From NCBI GenBank assembly GCA_009602735.1, contig WELA01003621.1, positions 62,001 to 126,000 on the forward strand: a stretch of DNA of 64,000 nucleotides, given 5' to 3'. Below, piece by piece: positions 29,673 through 40,472 of the stretch. The translations under genes and the position numbers were made by a program. This DNA comes from Mesotaenium endlicherianum. Its lineage: Eukaryota. Numbering within the stretch: position 1 is the first letter of the stretch; every line of letters begins with the position of its first letter. The notes beneath the pieces were generated by a model that did no database searches, had not been told where the DNA came from, and worked only from the letters and a program-made list of their open reading frames with translations.

Positions 29673-31011
29673 AAGAGGATCAACAACCATTTGGCTGTTT
29701 TGTCTGGCATTGTTCAGCAGCACGGGTTTTGCACAAGCACCTGGGGCCATACATGAACTTTCCATTCAGCAGGCTGTGGAATATGCACACAAGAATAATG
29801 TACAGGTAAAGAACGCCCTGCTCGACATCAGCATCCAGCAGCAGAGCAACAGGGATATTACTTCTGCAGCGCTGCCCAGCGTAACAGGATCGATCGGAGC
29901 AACGGATTACCTGAAGATCCCTACTTCACTGTTGCCAGGAGAAGTGTTCGGCCAACCGCGCGGAACCTATATCCCGGTTCAGTTCGGTACCAAATACAAT
30001 TCCACCGCCAGCATACAGCTGCAGCAGTTGTTGTTCGACGGACAGGTATTCATTGGTCTGCAGGCAAGGGCCACTTCCCTGGAATGGCGAAAAAAATCTG
30101 CGGAAGTAACCGAGGAAGCCATCAAGACCAATATTTACAAAATATACTACCAGCTCGTTGTAAGCAAAACACAGATCGCGCTGCTCGATGCCAATATCAA
30201 CCGGTTGAACAAACTGGATCATGATACACGCGAGTTGTATAAAAACGGTTTTGCAGAAAAACTGGATCTCGACAAGATCGCCGTGCAGGTTGCCAATCTG
30301 CAAACTGAAAAAACCAAGGCGCTCAACAATATCGATATTGGTTACCTGGGGTTGAAAACGCTTATGGGCATGCCCATCAAAGACAGTCTTGTGCTAACCG
30401 ACAAAATCACAGATGACCAGATTAAGGAAGATTTTACGAATGACAGCAGCTACCAATACTCCGACAGAAAAGAATTTCAATACCTGCAACTGGCCAAGAA
30501 ACTGAACGAGTTCAACATCAAGCGTTACAAACTCAGCTATTTCCCCACGCTTTCATTGACCGGCGCTTACAGCAAAAATGCCCAGCGCAATGAATTCGAC
30601 TTTTTTGGGAAAGGCGACTGGTTCACCACTTCGTATGTGGGACTGAATATCTCCATTCCTATTTTCGATGGTTTTGCCAAAGATTCCAGGATCAAAAAAT
30701 CCAGGATGGAGCTAACGCAAACCAATAACCAGATCGATAACCTGCAATTGTCTATCGACAATGAAGTAGCGCAGGCCAGGATCAATTTCCGTTCTGCCAT
30801 CTCCACCATGAATTACCAGAAGAAGAACATGGACCTGGCAGAAGATGTGTACAACCAGACCAAAAAGAAATACGAAATAGGTTCGGGCTCGAATACAGAA
30901 ATCACTTCTGCCCAAACAGATCTCGTTACTGCTCAAACCAATTATATCAACGCTTTGTATACCGCCATCATTGCGAAGGTGGATTACCTGAAAGCAATAG
31001 GAAAATTATAA
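29665..31011 (+). CDS. TolC-family outer membrane efflux protein
   Basis: Signal peptide and two OEP repeats (GLNISIPIFDGF). Confidence 0.92.
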   Translation: MSKRGSTTIWLFCLALFSSTGFAQAPGAIHELSIQQAVEYAHKNNVQVKNALLDISIQQQSNRDITSAALPSVTGSIGATDYLKIPTSLLPGEVFGQPRGTYIPVQFGTKYNSTASIQLQQLLFDGQVFIGLQARATSLEWRKKSAEVTEEAIKTNIYKIYYQLVVSKTQIALLDANINRLNKLDHDTRELYKNGFAEKLDLDKIAVQVANLQTEKTKALNNIDIGYLGLKTLMGMPIKDSLVLTDKITDDQIKEDFTNDSSYQYSDRKEFQYLQLAKKLNEFNIKRYKLSYFPTLSLTGAYSKNAQRNEFDFFGKGDWFTTSYVGLNISIPIFDGFAKDSRIKKSRMELTQTNNQIDNLQLSIDNEVAQARINFRSAISTMNYQKKNMDLAEDVYNQTKKKYEIGSGSNTEITSAQTDLVTAQTNYINALYTAIIAKVDYLKAIGKL

Positions 31012-31036
31012 TCACTACCAACCTAAAACCGAGTAT

Positions 31037-32239
31037 ATGCAAAAGATAGCACAACTGGCGCTCATGGCAACCGCTATTACCCTGGCATCTTGCGGAGCCA
31101 AGTCAGACAACAATGCAACCAGTGAAAAACAGGCAAAACTGGCCGAACTCAAAAAACAGCAGGCCGGTATCAATGCTCAAATTGAAACACTGGAAAAAGA
31201 ACTCGCCAAAACCGATCCCGCCGCAGCCAAAGAAGAAAAGGCCAAACTGGTAACCATTGCTGCCATCCAGCCCGAAACCTTTGTGCATTATATTGACCTA
31301 CAGGGAAGGGTTGAAGCGGTGAATATTTCTTATGTGGCTCCTAAAGGCGCGCCCGGTGTAGTGAAAGCGGTGTATGTGAAAAAAGGCGACGTGGTGAGGA
31401 AAGGCCAGCTGCTGCTGAAACTCGAAGACGCCATCCCTCGCCAGAGCCTGGCCGCAGCACAGCAGAACCAGGAGACACTCAAAACACAACTGGCTTACCT
31501 GAAGAACTTGTACCAGAAGCAGAAAAACCTTTGGGACCAGAACATCGGTACTGAAGTACAACTCATCACTGCTAAGAACAATGTTGACAATGTGGAGAGC
31601 CAGATGAAAGCCAGCGATGAACAAATCAAGATCGCCAAAGAGCAACTGAATTATACTTCTATTTACAGCGATGTGAATGGTGTGGCTGAAGATGTGAACA
31701 TCCGCGTGGGTGAAACCTTTGCAGGTATTGCCGGTACCAGTCCGCAAATAAAGATCGTGAACACATCCGACCTGAAAGTAACCACAGAGGTACCGGAAAA
31801 CTATCTTGGCAAAGTAGCTGTAGGCACTAAAGTAAAAGTAAACCTGCCAGATATCAATCGCACGCTCGATGCCAAAATCAGTGTGGCCGGTAAACTCATC
31901 GACCTTACCAACAGGAGTTTCTTTGCAGAAGCCAGGATACCTTCCGATGCTGCGTTCCATCCCAACCAGGTGGCGCTTGTGCAGATACAGGATTACACCA
32001 AACCACAATCCATCACCGCTCCTGTCAATACCATCCAATCGGACGATAAAGGCAAATACGTAATGGTGGCTGTTAAAGAAAATGGCAAAATGATCGCTCA
32101 CAAAAGACCGGTAGTAATTGGTGAATTCTATGGCGATAAAATGGAAATCAAATCAGGACTGCAAACAGGAGACCTGATCGTTACTGATGGTTTCCAGAGC
32201 CTGTATGAAGGTCAGCTCATCACAACGGAAAACAAATAA
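31037..32239 (+). CDS. RND efflux periplasmic adaptor (lipoprotein)
   Basis: Lipobox LASC, lipoyl-like VKKGDVVRKGQLL, coiled coil and SGLQTGD motif. Confidence 0.92.
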   Translation: MQKIAQLALMATAITLASCGAKSDNNATSEKQAKLAELKKQQAGINAQIETLEKELAKTDPAAAKEEKAKLVTIAAIQPETFVHYIDLQGRVEAVNISYVAPKGAPGVVKAVYVKKGDVVRKGQLLLKLEDAIPRQSLAAAQQNQETLKTQLAYLKNLYQKQKNLWDQNIGTEVQLITAKNNVDNVESQMKASDEQIKIAKEQLNYTSIYSDVNGVAEDVNIRVGETFAGIAGTSPQIKIVNTSDLKVTTEVPENYLGKVAVGTKVKVNLPDINRTLDAKISVAGKLIDLTNRSFFAEARIPSDAAFHPNQVALVQIQDYTKPQSITAPVNTIQSDDKGKYVMVAVKENGKMIAHKRPVVIGEFYGDKMEIKSGLQTGDLIVTDGFQSLYEGQLITTENK

Positions 32240-32272
32240 CCCACTGTCTAAGACCAATACCAAACTATTTAT

Positions 32273-35200
32273 ATGAGCGTATTAGAAAATATCAAACACA
32301 AGTTCAAGGAGTTTGGGCCTACTACCTGGAGTATCAAAAACAAAACATCGATCTACCTGATGATGCTCTTCGTGAGTATTGCAGGTATATTCCAGTTTGT
32401 TACGTTGCCCAAAGAACAGTTCCCGGATATTGTGATCCCTACCATTTATGTTCAAACCATTTATGTAGGTAACTCTCCGAAAGACATCGAAAATCTGGTT
32501 ACGAGGCCTATCGAAAAACAAATCAAGGGAATCACAGGAGCCAAGATCAAAAAGTTCACCAGTACATCGCAGCAGGATTATTCTGCCATCATCGTTGAAT
32601 TTGACACTGATGTAAAGACCGATGTGGCGTTACAGAAAGTGAAAGATGCGGTGGACAAATCAAAGCAGGACCTTCCCAACGATCTTACACAAGAGCCTAC
32701 CGTATTGGAAGTAAGCTTCAGTGAGCAGCCCATCATGTATGTGAACCTGAGTGGCGACTATGATCTCCCCCGTCTGAAAAAATATGCCGATGACCTGAAA
32801 GACAAGCTGGAAGACCTTTCGCAGATCACCCGCGTGGATATCGTAGGCGCTCCGGAAAGGGAATTTCAGATCAATGTAGACAATTACCGCATGCAGAGTT
32901 CCGGTATCACTTTCGATGATATCAATGCTGCCGTACAGCGCGAGAACATGGATATATCCGGCGGTTTGCTGGATGTGGGCAAGATGAAGCGCAACCTGCA
33001 GTTGAAAGGCCAGTTGAAAACAGCCCAGGATATCGGGAAGATCATCGTTCGTAATACCAGCGGTGCTCCCATCTACCTGAAAGACATTGCCAGGGTAATT
33101 GATACAACGAAGGAAAAAGAAAGCTATGCGCGTCTCGATGGCAAGAATGTGGTAACCCTGAACATCATTAAACGCAGTGGCGAAAATCTCATTGAAACCA
33201 GTGATGGTGTGAAAAAAGTAGTGGAAAGCGCCAAAGGTGTTCTGTTTCCGAAAGATCTCAAAGCAGTGATCACCGGTGATATGAGTATCAAAACAAGAAT
33301 CTCATTCAACGACCTGGTGAACTCTATTGTGATCGGTTTCGTATTGGTATTAATTGTACTCATGTTCTTCATGGGTGTCATCAATGCCTTCTTCGTAGCG
33401 CTCTCGGTGCCATTGAGCATGTTCGTGGCCTTCGTGTTCTTACCGGGTGCCGATCTCATCATAGGCACACACGTAACACTGAACTTCATTGTGCTCTTTG
33501 CCTTGTTGTTCGGTCTCGGTATCATTGTGGATGACGCGATTGTGGTGATCGAAAACACCCACCGTATTTTCACGGAAGGAAAGGGCAGGCTACCGATTAC
33601 GACCTCTGCACGAATGGCTGCGGGCGAGGTATTTGTGCCGGTATTGGCTGGTACGCTTACTACGCTGGCTCCCTTTTTCCCGCTACTCTTCTGGCCGGGT
33701 ATCATTGGTAAGTTCATGGTGTACTTACCCACCATGCTCATATTCACGCTGGCCGCTTCATTGGTGGTAGCATTCATCATGAACCCGGTATTCGCTGTAG
33801 ACTTCATGGCCCATGCCGATGATGAGAGCAAGGAAGCGCCAGGCGCCATCTTTAAAAAGAAAGGTTTCTGGATTGCCATTGGCATAGGCTTGCTGCTGGA
33901 TTTGGCCGGCGTTCCTTTCTGGGGCAACCTGCTCATCTTCTTCATGCTGCTCGTTATCTTAAACCGTTTCGTGCTCGACAAAGCCATCCACTCATTCCAG
34001 AACAGAGCCCTGCCCTGGATCATGAATCACTATGAACGTTTGCTTCGCTGGGCCCTGAAAGGATGGAGACCCGTGCACCTTTTATTAGGAACCATTGCAT
34101 TGTTCTTTGTCTCCTTCTTTGCATTCTCCGGCAGCATCGCTTCGGGCAGGATTCCTATTACTTTCTTCCCGCAGGGAGATCCCAACCAGATCTATGTGTA
34201 CCTGAAATTGCCGGTAGGAACGAATGTAGCTTATACCGACTCCATTACCCGCATACTGGAATCACGTGTGAACGAAGTATTGGGCGTTGATAACGGCAAA
34301 CAAAACCCCGTAGTGGAAAGTATCATCAGCAACGTGGCCATCGGTGCGGGCGACCCTGCCAGTGGCGACCGTAGTACACGCAGCGAACTGGGAAGGATAC
34401 AGGTATCATTCGTGGAATTTGAGAAAAGGCATGGCGTTTCTACACGGCCTTATCTCGACAAGATCCGCGCAGAGATGAAAGGTATTCCCGGCGCCGAGAT
34501 CAGTGTTGACCAGGAGAAAGGCGGACCTCCCACCGATCCTCCCATCAATATTGAAATTGCCAGTGAAGAATTTGATGACCTGATCAAGACAGCCACTGCG
34601 CTCAAAAATTATCTCGACAGCATACAGGTACCGGGTGTGGAAGAATTGAAAATGGATGTGGATCTTCAAAACCCCGAGATCACGCTTACCGTAGATCGTG
34701 ATCGTGCCCTGATCGAAGGTGTTTCTTCTGCCCAGATCGGTTCACAGATACGTACTGCTTTGTTCGGAAAAGAAGTATCGAAGATCAAAGAAGGTAAAGA
34801 AGAATATAAAATACAATTGCGCAACAACGAGCTGCAAAGAAAAAGTCTGGTTGATCTGCTGAACATGCGCGTTTCATTCCGTGATATGGCCAGTGGCGGT
34901 GCAGTGAAGAATATTCCGATTGGTGCATTGGTAAAAGTAGAACCCACTTCTACCCTTGGAAGCGTGAAACGCAAGAACCAGAAACGCCTGATCACTTTGC
35001 GTTCGAATGTATTGACCACGAAAGGTTACAATGCAACGGCTGTGAACCAGGTACTGGCCAAACATATTGCCAATTTCAATAAGAAGCCCGATAATGTAAC
35101 CATCAAACAAACAGGTGAAGGTGAACAACAGGCCGAAACAGGAGCATTCCTGGGTAAAGCGCTGGCCATTGCACTCGGACTGATCTTGCTGGTACTGGTA

Positions 35201-35872
35201 TTGCAGTTCAACAGTGTAAGCAAACCGGTGATCATCCTCACCGAGATCATTTTCAGTGTGATCGGTGTATTCATTGGCTTCACCATCACCGGAATGGAGG
35301 TATCGATATTGATGACAGGGCTGGGTATTGTTGGTCTCGCAGGTATTGTGGTGAAGAACGGTATCCTGGTGATTGAATTCGCCGATGAGTTGCGCTCCCG
35401 CGGTATCAAAACCAAGGAAGCAGTGATACAGGCAGGTAAAACACGTATTATTCCGGTATTATTGACCGCGCTGGCGGCGATACTCGGATTCATTCCCATC
35501 GCCACAGGCTTCAACATCAACTTCATCACGCTGTTTTCCGAACTCAATCCGCATATCTTCTTCGGAGGTGATAATGTGGTATTCTGGAAGCCGTTGAGCT
35601 GGACCATCATATTCGGTCTCGCCTTCGCCTTCTTCATGACCCTGTTCATCGTTCCCAGCATGTACCTTATTGCAGAACGCCTGCGCAGGCCCATGCGTAA
35701 CATGTTCGGTGGTAAATGGATCAGCTTCATGGGTATTCCGCCGCTCACCATCATATTCCTGTTGCTGATGGTAGTGGCGCTCATCAGGCACCGTATCGCC
35801 AGGAAAAAAAGAGAAATAAGATTGAAGAACGATAAGAATGTCAACGCTGCTTTTACCGGCAGCTGGTTCTAA
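32273..35872 (+). CDS. RND efflux permease (AcrB-like)
   Basis: Motifs GIIVDDAIVVIEN, GIVVKNGILVIEF and RIIPVLLT. Confidence 0.95.
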   Translation: MSVLENIKHKFKEFGPTTWSIKNKTSIYLMMLFVSIAGIFQFVTLPKEQFPDIVIPTIYVQTIYVGNSPKDIENLVTRPIEKQIKGITGAKIKKFTSTSQQDYSAIIVEFDTDVKTDVALQKVKDAVDKSKQDLPNDLTQEPTVLEVSFSEQPIMYVNLSGDYDLPRLKKYADDLKDKLEDLSQITRVDIVGAPEREFQINVDNYRMQSSGITFDDINAAVQRENMDISGGLLDVGKMKRNLQLKGQLKTAQDIGKIIVRNTSGAPIYLKDIARVIDTTKEKESYARLDGKNVVTLNIIKRSGENLIETSDGVKKVVESAKGVLFPKDLKAVITGDMSIKTRISFNDLVNSIVIGFVLVLIVLMFFMGVINAFFVALSVPLSMFVAFVFLPGADLIIGTHVTLNFIVLFALLFGLGIIVDDAIVVIENTHRIFTEGKGRLPITTSARMAAGEVFVPVLAGTLTTLAPFFPLLFWPGIIGKFMVYLPTMLIFTLAASLVVAFIMNPVFAVDFMAHADDESKEAPGAIFKKKGFWIAIGIGLLLDLAGVPFWGNLLIFFMLLVILNRFVLDKAIHSFQNRALPWIMNHYERLLRWALKGWRPVHLLLGTIALFFVSFFAFSGSIASGRIPITFFPQGDPNQIYVYLKLPVGTNVAYTDSITRILESRVNEVLGVDNGKQNPVVESIISNVAIGAGDPASGDRSTRSELGRIQVSFVEFEKRHGVSTRPYLDKIRAEMKGIPGAEISVDQEKGGPPTDPPINIEIASEEFDDLIKTATALKNYLDSIQVPGVEELKMDVDLQNPEITLTVDRDRALIEGVSSAQIGSQIRTALFGKEVSKIKEGKEEYKIQLRNNELQRKSLVDLLNMRVSFRDMASGGAVKNIPIGALVKVEPTSTLGSVKRKNQKRLITLRSNVLTTKGYNATAVNQVLAKHIANFNKKPDNVTIKQTGEGEQQAETGAFLGKALAIALGLILLVLVLQFNSVSKPVIILTEIIFSVIGVFIGFTITGMEVSILMTGLGIVGLAGIVVKNGILVIEFADELRSRGIKTKEAVIQAGKTRIIPVLLTALAAILGFIPIATGFNINFITLFSELNPHIFFGGDNVVFWKPLSWTIIFGLAFAFFMTLFIVPSMYLIAERLRRPMRNMFGGKWISFMGIPPLTIIFLLLMVVALIRHRIARKKREIRLKNDKNVNAAFTGSWF

Positions 35873-35896
35873 CATAGTTTTGGTTAATAATCAACC

Positions 35897-35938
35897 GGCC
35901 GCCAACGTTTGTGAAGACACAAGCCTGGCGGCCTTTTT
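35897..35938 (+). terminator. Intrinsic terminator of the efflux operon
   Basis: ggccgcca...tggcggcc stem with an inner ttgtg/cacaa stem, followed by TTTTT. Confidence 0.7.
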
Positions 35939-35939
35939 A

Positions 35940-37091
35940 TTAACACAGGTGAACCAGCTTCTCTACTGCTTTTTCTAATGTCTGTTCTTTTTTCGCAAAA
36001 CAAAAGCGCAGCACTTTATCATCTTTGCCTTCTTTATAAAAGGCCGACACGGGGATGGTAGCAATGCCATATTCGCGTGTTAACCTGATGGCCAGCTCTT
36101 TATCGGTTTCATTACTGAAATGACCGTAGCCATAGCATTCAAAATAACTGCCGTGCGAAGGAATGCACCTGAATGGTGTTGCTTCCATCAGTTTCCGGAA
36201 ATAATCGCGTTTTTGTTGCATGAAGTCACTCAGTGAAAGATACGCGTCTTCATGCGTGATGTATTCGGCTAATGCTACCTGCTTGGATGTATCGCAACTG
36301 AAACAATTGAATTGATGCACTTTTCTAAACTCTTGCATCAGGCTGGGGGCGCTGATGCAATAACCCATTTTCCAACCGGTGCAATGATAGGTTTTGCCAA
36401 AAGAAAAACATACAAAGCTTCTCTCCAGCAAAGCGGGGTAACGCAAGACCGACTGGTGGGCGATACCATCGAATATCAAGTGCTCATACACTTCATCGCT
36501 TAACACAATGATATGGGTTCCTTCAACAATTTCCTGTAACTGCCGCATATCTTCTTCACGCAATACGCTACCGGTAGGGTTATGTGGCGAATTGATCATG
36601 ATCATCCTGGTTCTACCACTGATTTTGGAACGAACTTCATCCCATGGAATCGAATAACCGGGATATCGCAGTGGTATCAATACCGGTTTGGCGCCATTGA
36701 TTTCAATATTGGGAATATAACTATCATAGGCGGGTTCAAAAACGATCACTTCATCACCTGGTTGTAATACAGTGGTGAGCGCTGTATAAATAGCATAAGT
36801 GCCACCAGGTGTTATCGTTATTTGCGCGTCAGGGTCTATGGCAGCACCGTATAGTTGCGCAGCTTTGGCTGCCAGCCTTTCACGCAGCAGGGGCAGTCCG
36901 TTCATATGCGTGTACTGGTTCCATCCGTTGCGCATGGCTTTATCAACAAGTGAAACCAGTTCATCGCTCATGGGAAAGTCGGGAAATCCCTGGCCCAGGT
37001 TCACTGCTCCATGTTCTGCAGCCAGCTGGCTCATGACCGTAAAAATAGTAGTGCCTACATTGTGCAGCTTCGAGTGAATGAGGGGTTGCAT
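35940..37091 (-). CDS. Class I PLP aminotransferase (YbdL/methionine aminotransferase-like)
   Basis: Motifs GTTIFTVMS, NLGQGFPDF, NSPHNPTG, SDEVYEH and SFGKTYHCTGWKMG. Confidence 0.9.
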   Translation of the reverse strand: MQPLIHSKLHNVGTTIFTVMSQLAAEHGAVNLGQGFPDFPMSDELVSLVDKAMRNGWNQYTHMNGLPLLRERLAAKAAQLYGAAIDPDAQITITPGGTYAIYTALTTVLQPGDEVIVFEPAYDSYIPNIEINGAKPVLIPLRYPGYSIPWDEVRSKISGRTRMIMINSPHNPTGSVLREEDMRQLQEIVEGTHIIVLSDEVYEHLIFDGIAHQSVLRYPALLERSFVCFSFGKTYHCTGWKMGYCISAPSLMQEFRKVHQFNCFSCDTSKQVALAEYITHEDAYLSLSDFMQQKRDYFRKLMEATPFRCIPSHGSYFECYGYGHFSNETDKELAIRLTREYGIATIPVSAFYKEGKDDKVLRFCFAKKEQTLEKAVEKLVHLC

Positions 37092-37120
37092 GAAAGAACA
37101 ATTAGGTATGATCAATGCAT

Positions 37121-37249
37121 TTATTGCAGCAATTTACTGATATGTACCAATCTTCCGTCTTGTGTTACCCCTTCCAGTATAAATTGGAGTGAATGACTGA
37201 TATGGCAATGTCTCCTGGCATTATTAAAGAAATGGGAAAGTGTCTGTAT
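37121..37249 (-). pseudogene. Probable remnant: C-terminal tail of a large Bacteroidota exported protein
   Basis: Open frame with no start codon: IQTLSHFFNNARRHCHISHSLQFILEGVTQDGRLVHISKLLQ*. Resembles the F.NND...LEG.T.DG+L ending I recall from large Chitinophagaceae envelope proteins (not searched). Confidence 0.45.
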
Positions 37250-38547
37250 CAGGGAGCCAACTGGTTGGAGAGACGCTTCAATTCTGTTTCGGCAATTTTG
37301 CCCATGTAGTTGAGGTTCATCAAACGGTAGCCTGCATCTTCAAAGCTTTGCTGCGCCAGCTTTACGTCAACGATGGTGGCCTGCCCCACTTGAAAACGCT
37401 GTAATACCAGGTCCATCAACCGGCCAGAGAGGCGATAATTGTCCTGCTCGGTCTCTAATTGCTCCAACGCATTAGTGTAAGATTGAAAAGCTCTTACAGC
37501 GCCCGCTTCGAGACTAAGCGCCAGGTTATCGCGTTGAATAAGGGCATTGCGTGTATTGATCTCTGCTACCTGTTGTTGCCTTTTGCTGGCGCTTCCGTTA
37601 TAGATGGGTATCGACAAACTGAGACCAACAAAAGGGCCATAACTTTGGTTCAGCAGGCTGAAACCTGCACTACTCTTGTTGCTATTGAAATTATACCCGG
37701 TATTGGCACGCAGAGAGGGATAACGGAGGGCGGCTGTTTCTTTTTCTATGAGTGCATTGATTTGCACCTGGCTGGCAGCAGAAAGTAATTGGGGATTATC
37801 TTTCAATGCCGAACGGATATTATCCAGACGGATAGAACGGTCTACCACAATCGTATCGGCAATATTCACGGAAGAGTCTGGCTTTGCAACAATCAGGTTC
37901 AGCAGATCTGTCTTGGCCTGCTGAATTACCAATTGCTGGTTGAGTTTTGATTGCAGCAATGTATTGAGGTCGAGCTGTGCCTGGTATATATCTGCATTGT
38001 TCGACAGTCCAGCTTCTTTACGCACCTGCAGTATGGATAATTTTTGTTTCGATACTTCGATGGATTGAAGAATGGTTTGCAGGAGTTGCTGCTGCCGTAC
38101 AATATCATAGTACTTCACACTAACCGCTGCAATGGTGTTCTGTATCTGGGCATTCAGCAATTGCTGGTTCTGGCGTTGTAATTCACCCAGTCTTTTCTCG
38201 GTTGTTACTACCCGGTACCCATTGTATAGTAAAATACTACCAGTGATGCCTGCTGTTAAGTTGTTAGAACCTACATTGTTCCTTTTCACATCACGCGCAG
38301 CGTCTGCATATTTCTGGTTGATGGTAGTGAGTTGTTCATTATCGCCTGCCGTTGCGCTTACTACCGGCAAAGCTCCTGCCACACCGCTGTTATTATTGAT
38401 GTTGCTGATCTCCAGGTTGTTTTTAGCCAAACGGATATCGAAGCTGTTTTTCAATGCGGTATTAACAGCATCGGAAAGCGACAGTGACTGCTGGGAATAC
38501 CCTTCCATGGCAAGGGCAGTCAGGAAAACAAACAATAATTTTTTCAT
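37249..38547 (-). CDS. TolC-family outer membrane protein (orphan)
   Basis: Signal peptide and OEP repeats (GLSLSIPIYNG); no adjacent adaptor or permease gene. Confidence 0.88.
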   Translation of the reverse strand: MKKLLFVFLTALAMEGYSQQSLSLSDAVNTALKNSFDIRLAKNNLEISNINNNSGVAGALPVVSATAGDNEQLTTINQKYADAARDVKRNNVGSNNLTAGITGSILLYNGYRVVTTEKRLGELQRQNQQLLNAQIQNTIAAVSVKYYDIVRQQQLLQTILQSIEVSKQKLSILQVRKEAGLSNNADIYQAQLDLNTLLQSKLNQQLVIQQAKTDLLNLIVAKPDSSVNIADTIVVDRSIRLDNIRSALKDNPQLLSAASQVQINALIEKETAALRYPSLRANTGYNFNSNKSSAGFSLLNQSYGPFVGLSLSIPIYNGSASKRQQQVAEINTRNALIQRDNLALSLEAGAVRAFQSYTNALEQLETEQDNYRLSGRLMDLVLQRFQVGQATIVDVKLAQQSFEDAGYRLMNLNYMGKIAETELKRLSNQLAP

Positions 38548-38608
38548 GTGCTGTGAAATTACCGGGCTGCTGTTGATGCATCCTCAAAAATTACACCAAC
38601 GGATGAGT

Positions 38609-39325
38609 TCAGCTTACCAGGGTACCAACACGCATGCCTTCCACCACTTTCAACAAGTTGCCTGGCTTATTCATGTCGAATACAATGATGGGCAGCTTAT
38701 TTTCCATGCAAAGTGTGAACGCGGTCATATCCATTACCCGCAGGTTCTGGTTGATGCATTCCTGGAAACTTACCGTATCGAATTTTTTAGCTGAAGGGTC
38801 TTTTTCGGGATCGGCATTATAAACACCGTCTACGCGCGTTCCTTTCAATATCACATCTGCTTTCATTTCAATAGCACGCAGCGATCCCGCTGTATCGGTA
38901 GTAAAATAAGGATTACCGGTACCTGCGCCGAAAATTACCACACGTCCCTTTTCCAGGTGGCGAAGGGCTTTGCGGCGGATATAAGGCTCGGCCACCTGTT
39001 CCATATTGATGGCGCTTTGTAAACGCGTATACACGCCGATCTTTTCCAGCATCGCCTGCATGGCCATCGCATTAATCACCGTAGCAAGCATACCCATATA
39101 ATCGCCATGCGCCCGCTCAATACCACTTTCGGCCTCATTCATACCCCGGTAAATATTACCACCGCCGATCACAATGGCTACCTGCACACCGAGGTCGGTC
39201 ACCATTTTGATATCCTGTGCATATTGCTCAATGATACGGGGGTTAAAAGGATCACCATTCTGCTGGTCGCCTAATAAGGCTTCACCGGATAGTTTGAGGA
39301 GAATACGCTTGAACTTGGGGAGCAT
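38609..39325 (-). CDS. pyrH: UMP kinase
   Basis: Motifs [19 protein letters not shown] and [10 protein letters not shown]. Confidence 0.97.
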   Translation of the reverse strand: MLPKFKRILLKLSGEALLGDQQNGDPFNPRIIEQYAQDIKMVTDLGVQVAIVIGGGNIYRGMNEAESGIERAHGDYMGMLATVINAMAMQAMLEKIGVYTRLQSAINMEQVAEPYIRRKALRHLEKGRVVIFGAGTGNPYFTTDTAGSLRAIEMKADVILKGTRVDGVYNADPEKDPSAKKFDTVSFQECINQNLRVMDMTAFTLCMENKLPIIVFDMNKPGNLLKVVEGMRVGTLVS

Positions 39326-39382
39326 GAGGAGGTTATTGATTCGACTGCAAATAACCTGAATTTTTAATGAGTCGCCAAACAG

Positions 39383-39419
39383 AAAATAAAAAGGGGTGGC
39401 CTGTATCAGTACCACCCCT
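39383..39419 (-). terminator. Intrinsic terminator after tsf
   Basis: Minus strand AGGGGUGG...CCACCCCU stem followed by UUUUAUUUU. Confidence 0.8.
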
Positions 39420-39444
39420 CAATTATGCTACAACAGTATTGCCC

Positions 39445-40284
39445 TTATCCCAGTGCAACACGTTTAAAACCTGTTACTTTCAGATCGGCTCCTACACTCT
39501 TCAGGTATTCGCCCACACTCTTACCACCGTCTTTCACAAAAGCCTGTGCCAGTAAGGTTTGCTCTTTGAAGAAAGCATTCAGTTTGCCTTCAGCGATCTT
39601 GGAGATCATTTCATCGGGCTTACCGGCCATTTTAGGATCCTGCTTCATGGTATCTACGATGATAGCCCTTTCCCTTTCGATCACATCGGCAGGAACTGAG
39701 TCGGCATCCACCGCTACAGGGTTCATCGCTGCGATCTGCATAGCGATGTCTTTTCCTGCTTCAGCAGCTTCGCTTGACAGTCCAACCAGCACGCCCATAC
39801 GGTAAGCGCCATGGATATAAGAAGCTACATAAGGCGCTTCGATCTTTTCGAATTTCGCAACACCGATCTTTTCACCGATGGCTGCCAGTTTATCGTTGAT
39901 CAGGTCAGATACTTTAGCCCCATTGATCACCACTTCATTCAGTTCTTCAGCGCTGTTCACGTTGTTGGCTACAGCAGCATCGGCGATGCTTTGCGCGAAG
40001 GCAACAAAGTCTGCGTTTTTAGAAACGAAGTCGGTTTCGCAGCTTATGCATACAATAAAACCGGTTTTATTATCAGCAGATGTTTTTGCAATGATCACAC
40101 CTTCTTTCGCTTCACGGTCGCTGCGTTTTGCAGCTACTTTTTGACCCTGCTTGCGGAGCCAGTCGATCGCTGCTTCAAAATCACCGTTTGTTTCGGTGAG
40201 GGCCTTGCGGCAATCCATCATGCCGGCGCCGGTAGCCTGGCGGAGTTTATTAATTTCTGCGGCTGTAATTGTTGCAGTACTCAT
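39445..40284 (-). CDS. tsf: Elongation factor Ts
   Basis: Motifs LRQATGAGMMDCRKAL and CETDFV. Confidence 0.98.
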   Translation of the reverse strand: MSTATITAAEINKLRQATGAGMMDCRKALTETNGDFEAAIDWLRKQGQKVAAKRSDREAKEGVIIAKTSADNKTGFIVCISCETDFVSKNADFVAFAQSIADAAVANNVNSAEELNEVVINGAKVSDLINDKLAAIGEKIGVAKFEKIEAPYVASYIHGAYRMGVLVGLSSEAAEAGKDIAMQIAAMNPVAVDADSVPADVIERERAIIVDTMKQDPKMAGKPDEMISKIAEGKLNAFFKEQTLLAQAFVKDGGKSVGEYLKSVGADLKVTGFKRVALG

Positions 40285-40404
40285 ATTCTTTTTACAATTT
40301 TGAAACGTTATTGTGGATGCGGTGTGAGCAAAACTAATAGCTGCACCCGGATACCAACATTATGGTTTAATGAAATAAAAATCAGTAGCAGCGGATCAAA
40401 CAAA

Positions 40405-40451
40405 TTGGGTCATTAAGCCATTACCCATAAGAGAATGACGTAATGACCCAA
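40405..40451. repeat. Inverted repeat with 8-nt periodicity between rpsB and tsf
   Basis: Arms ttgggtcatta and taatgacccaa, with internal aatgacgt/aatgaccc units. Confidence 0.55.
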
Positions 40452-40472
40452 CGAATATTTCATTCAGGATGA

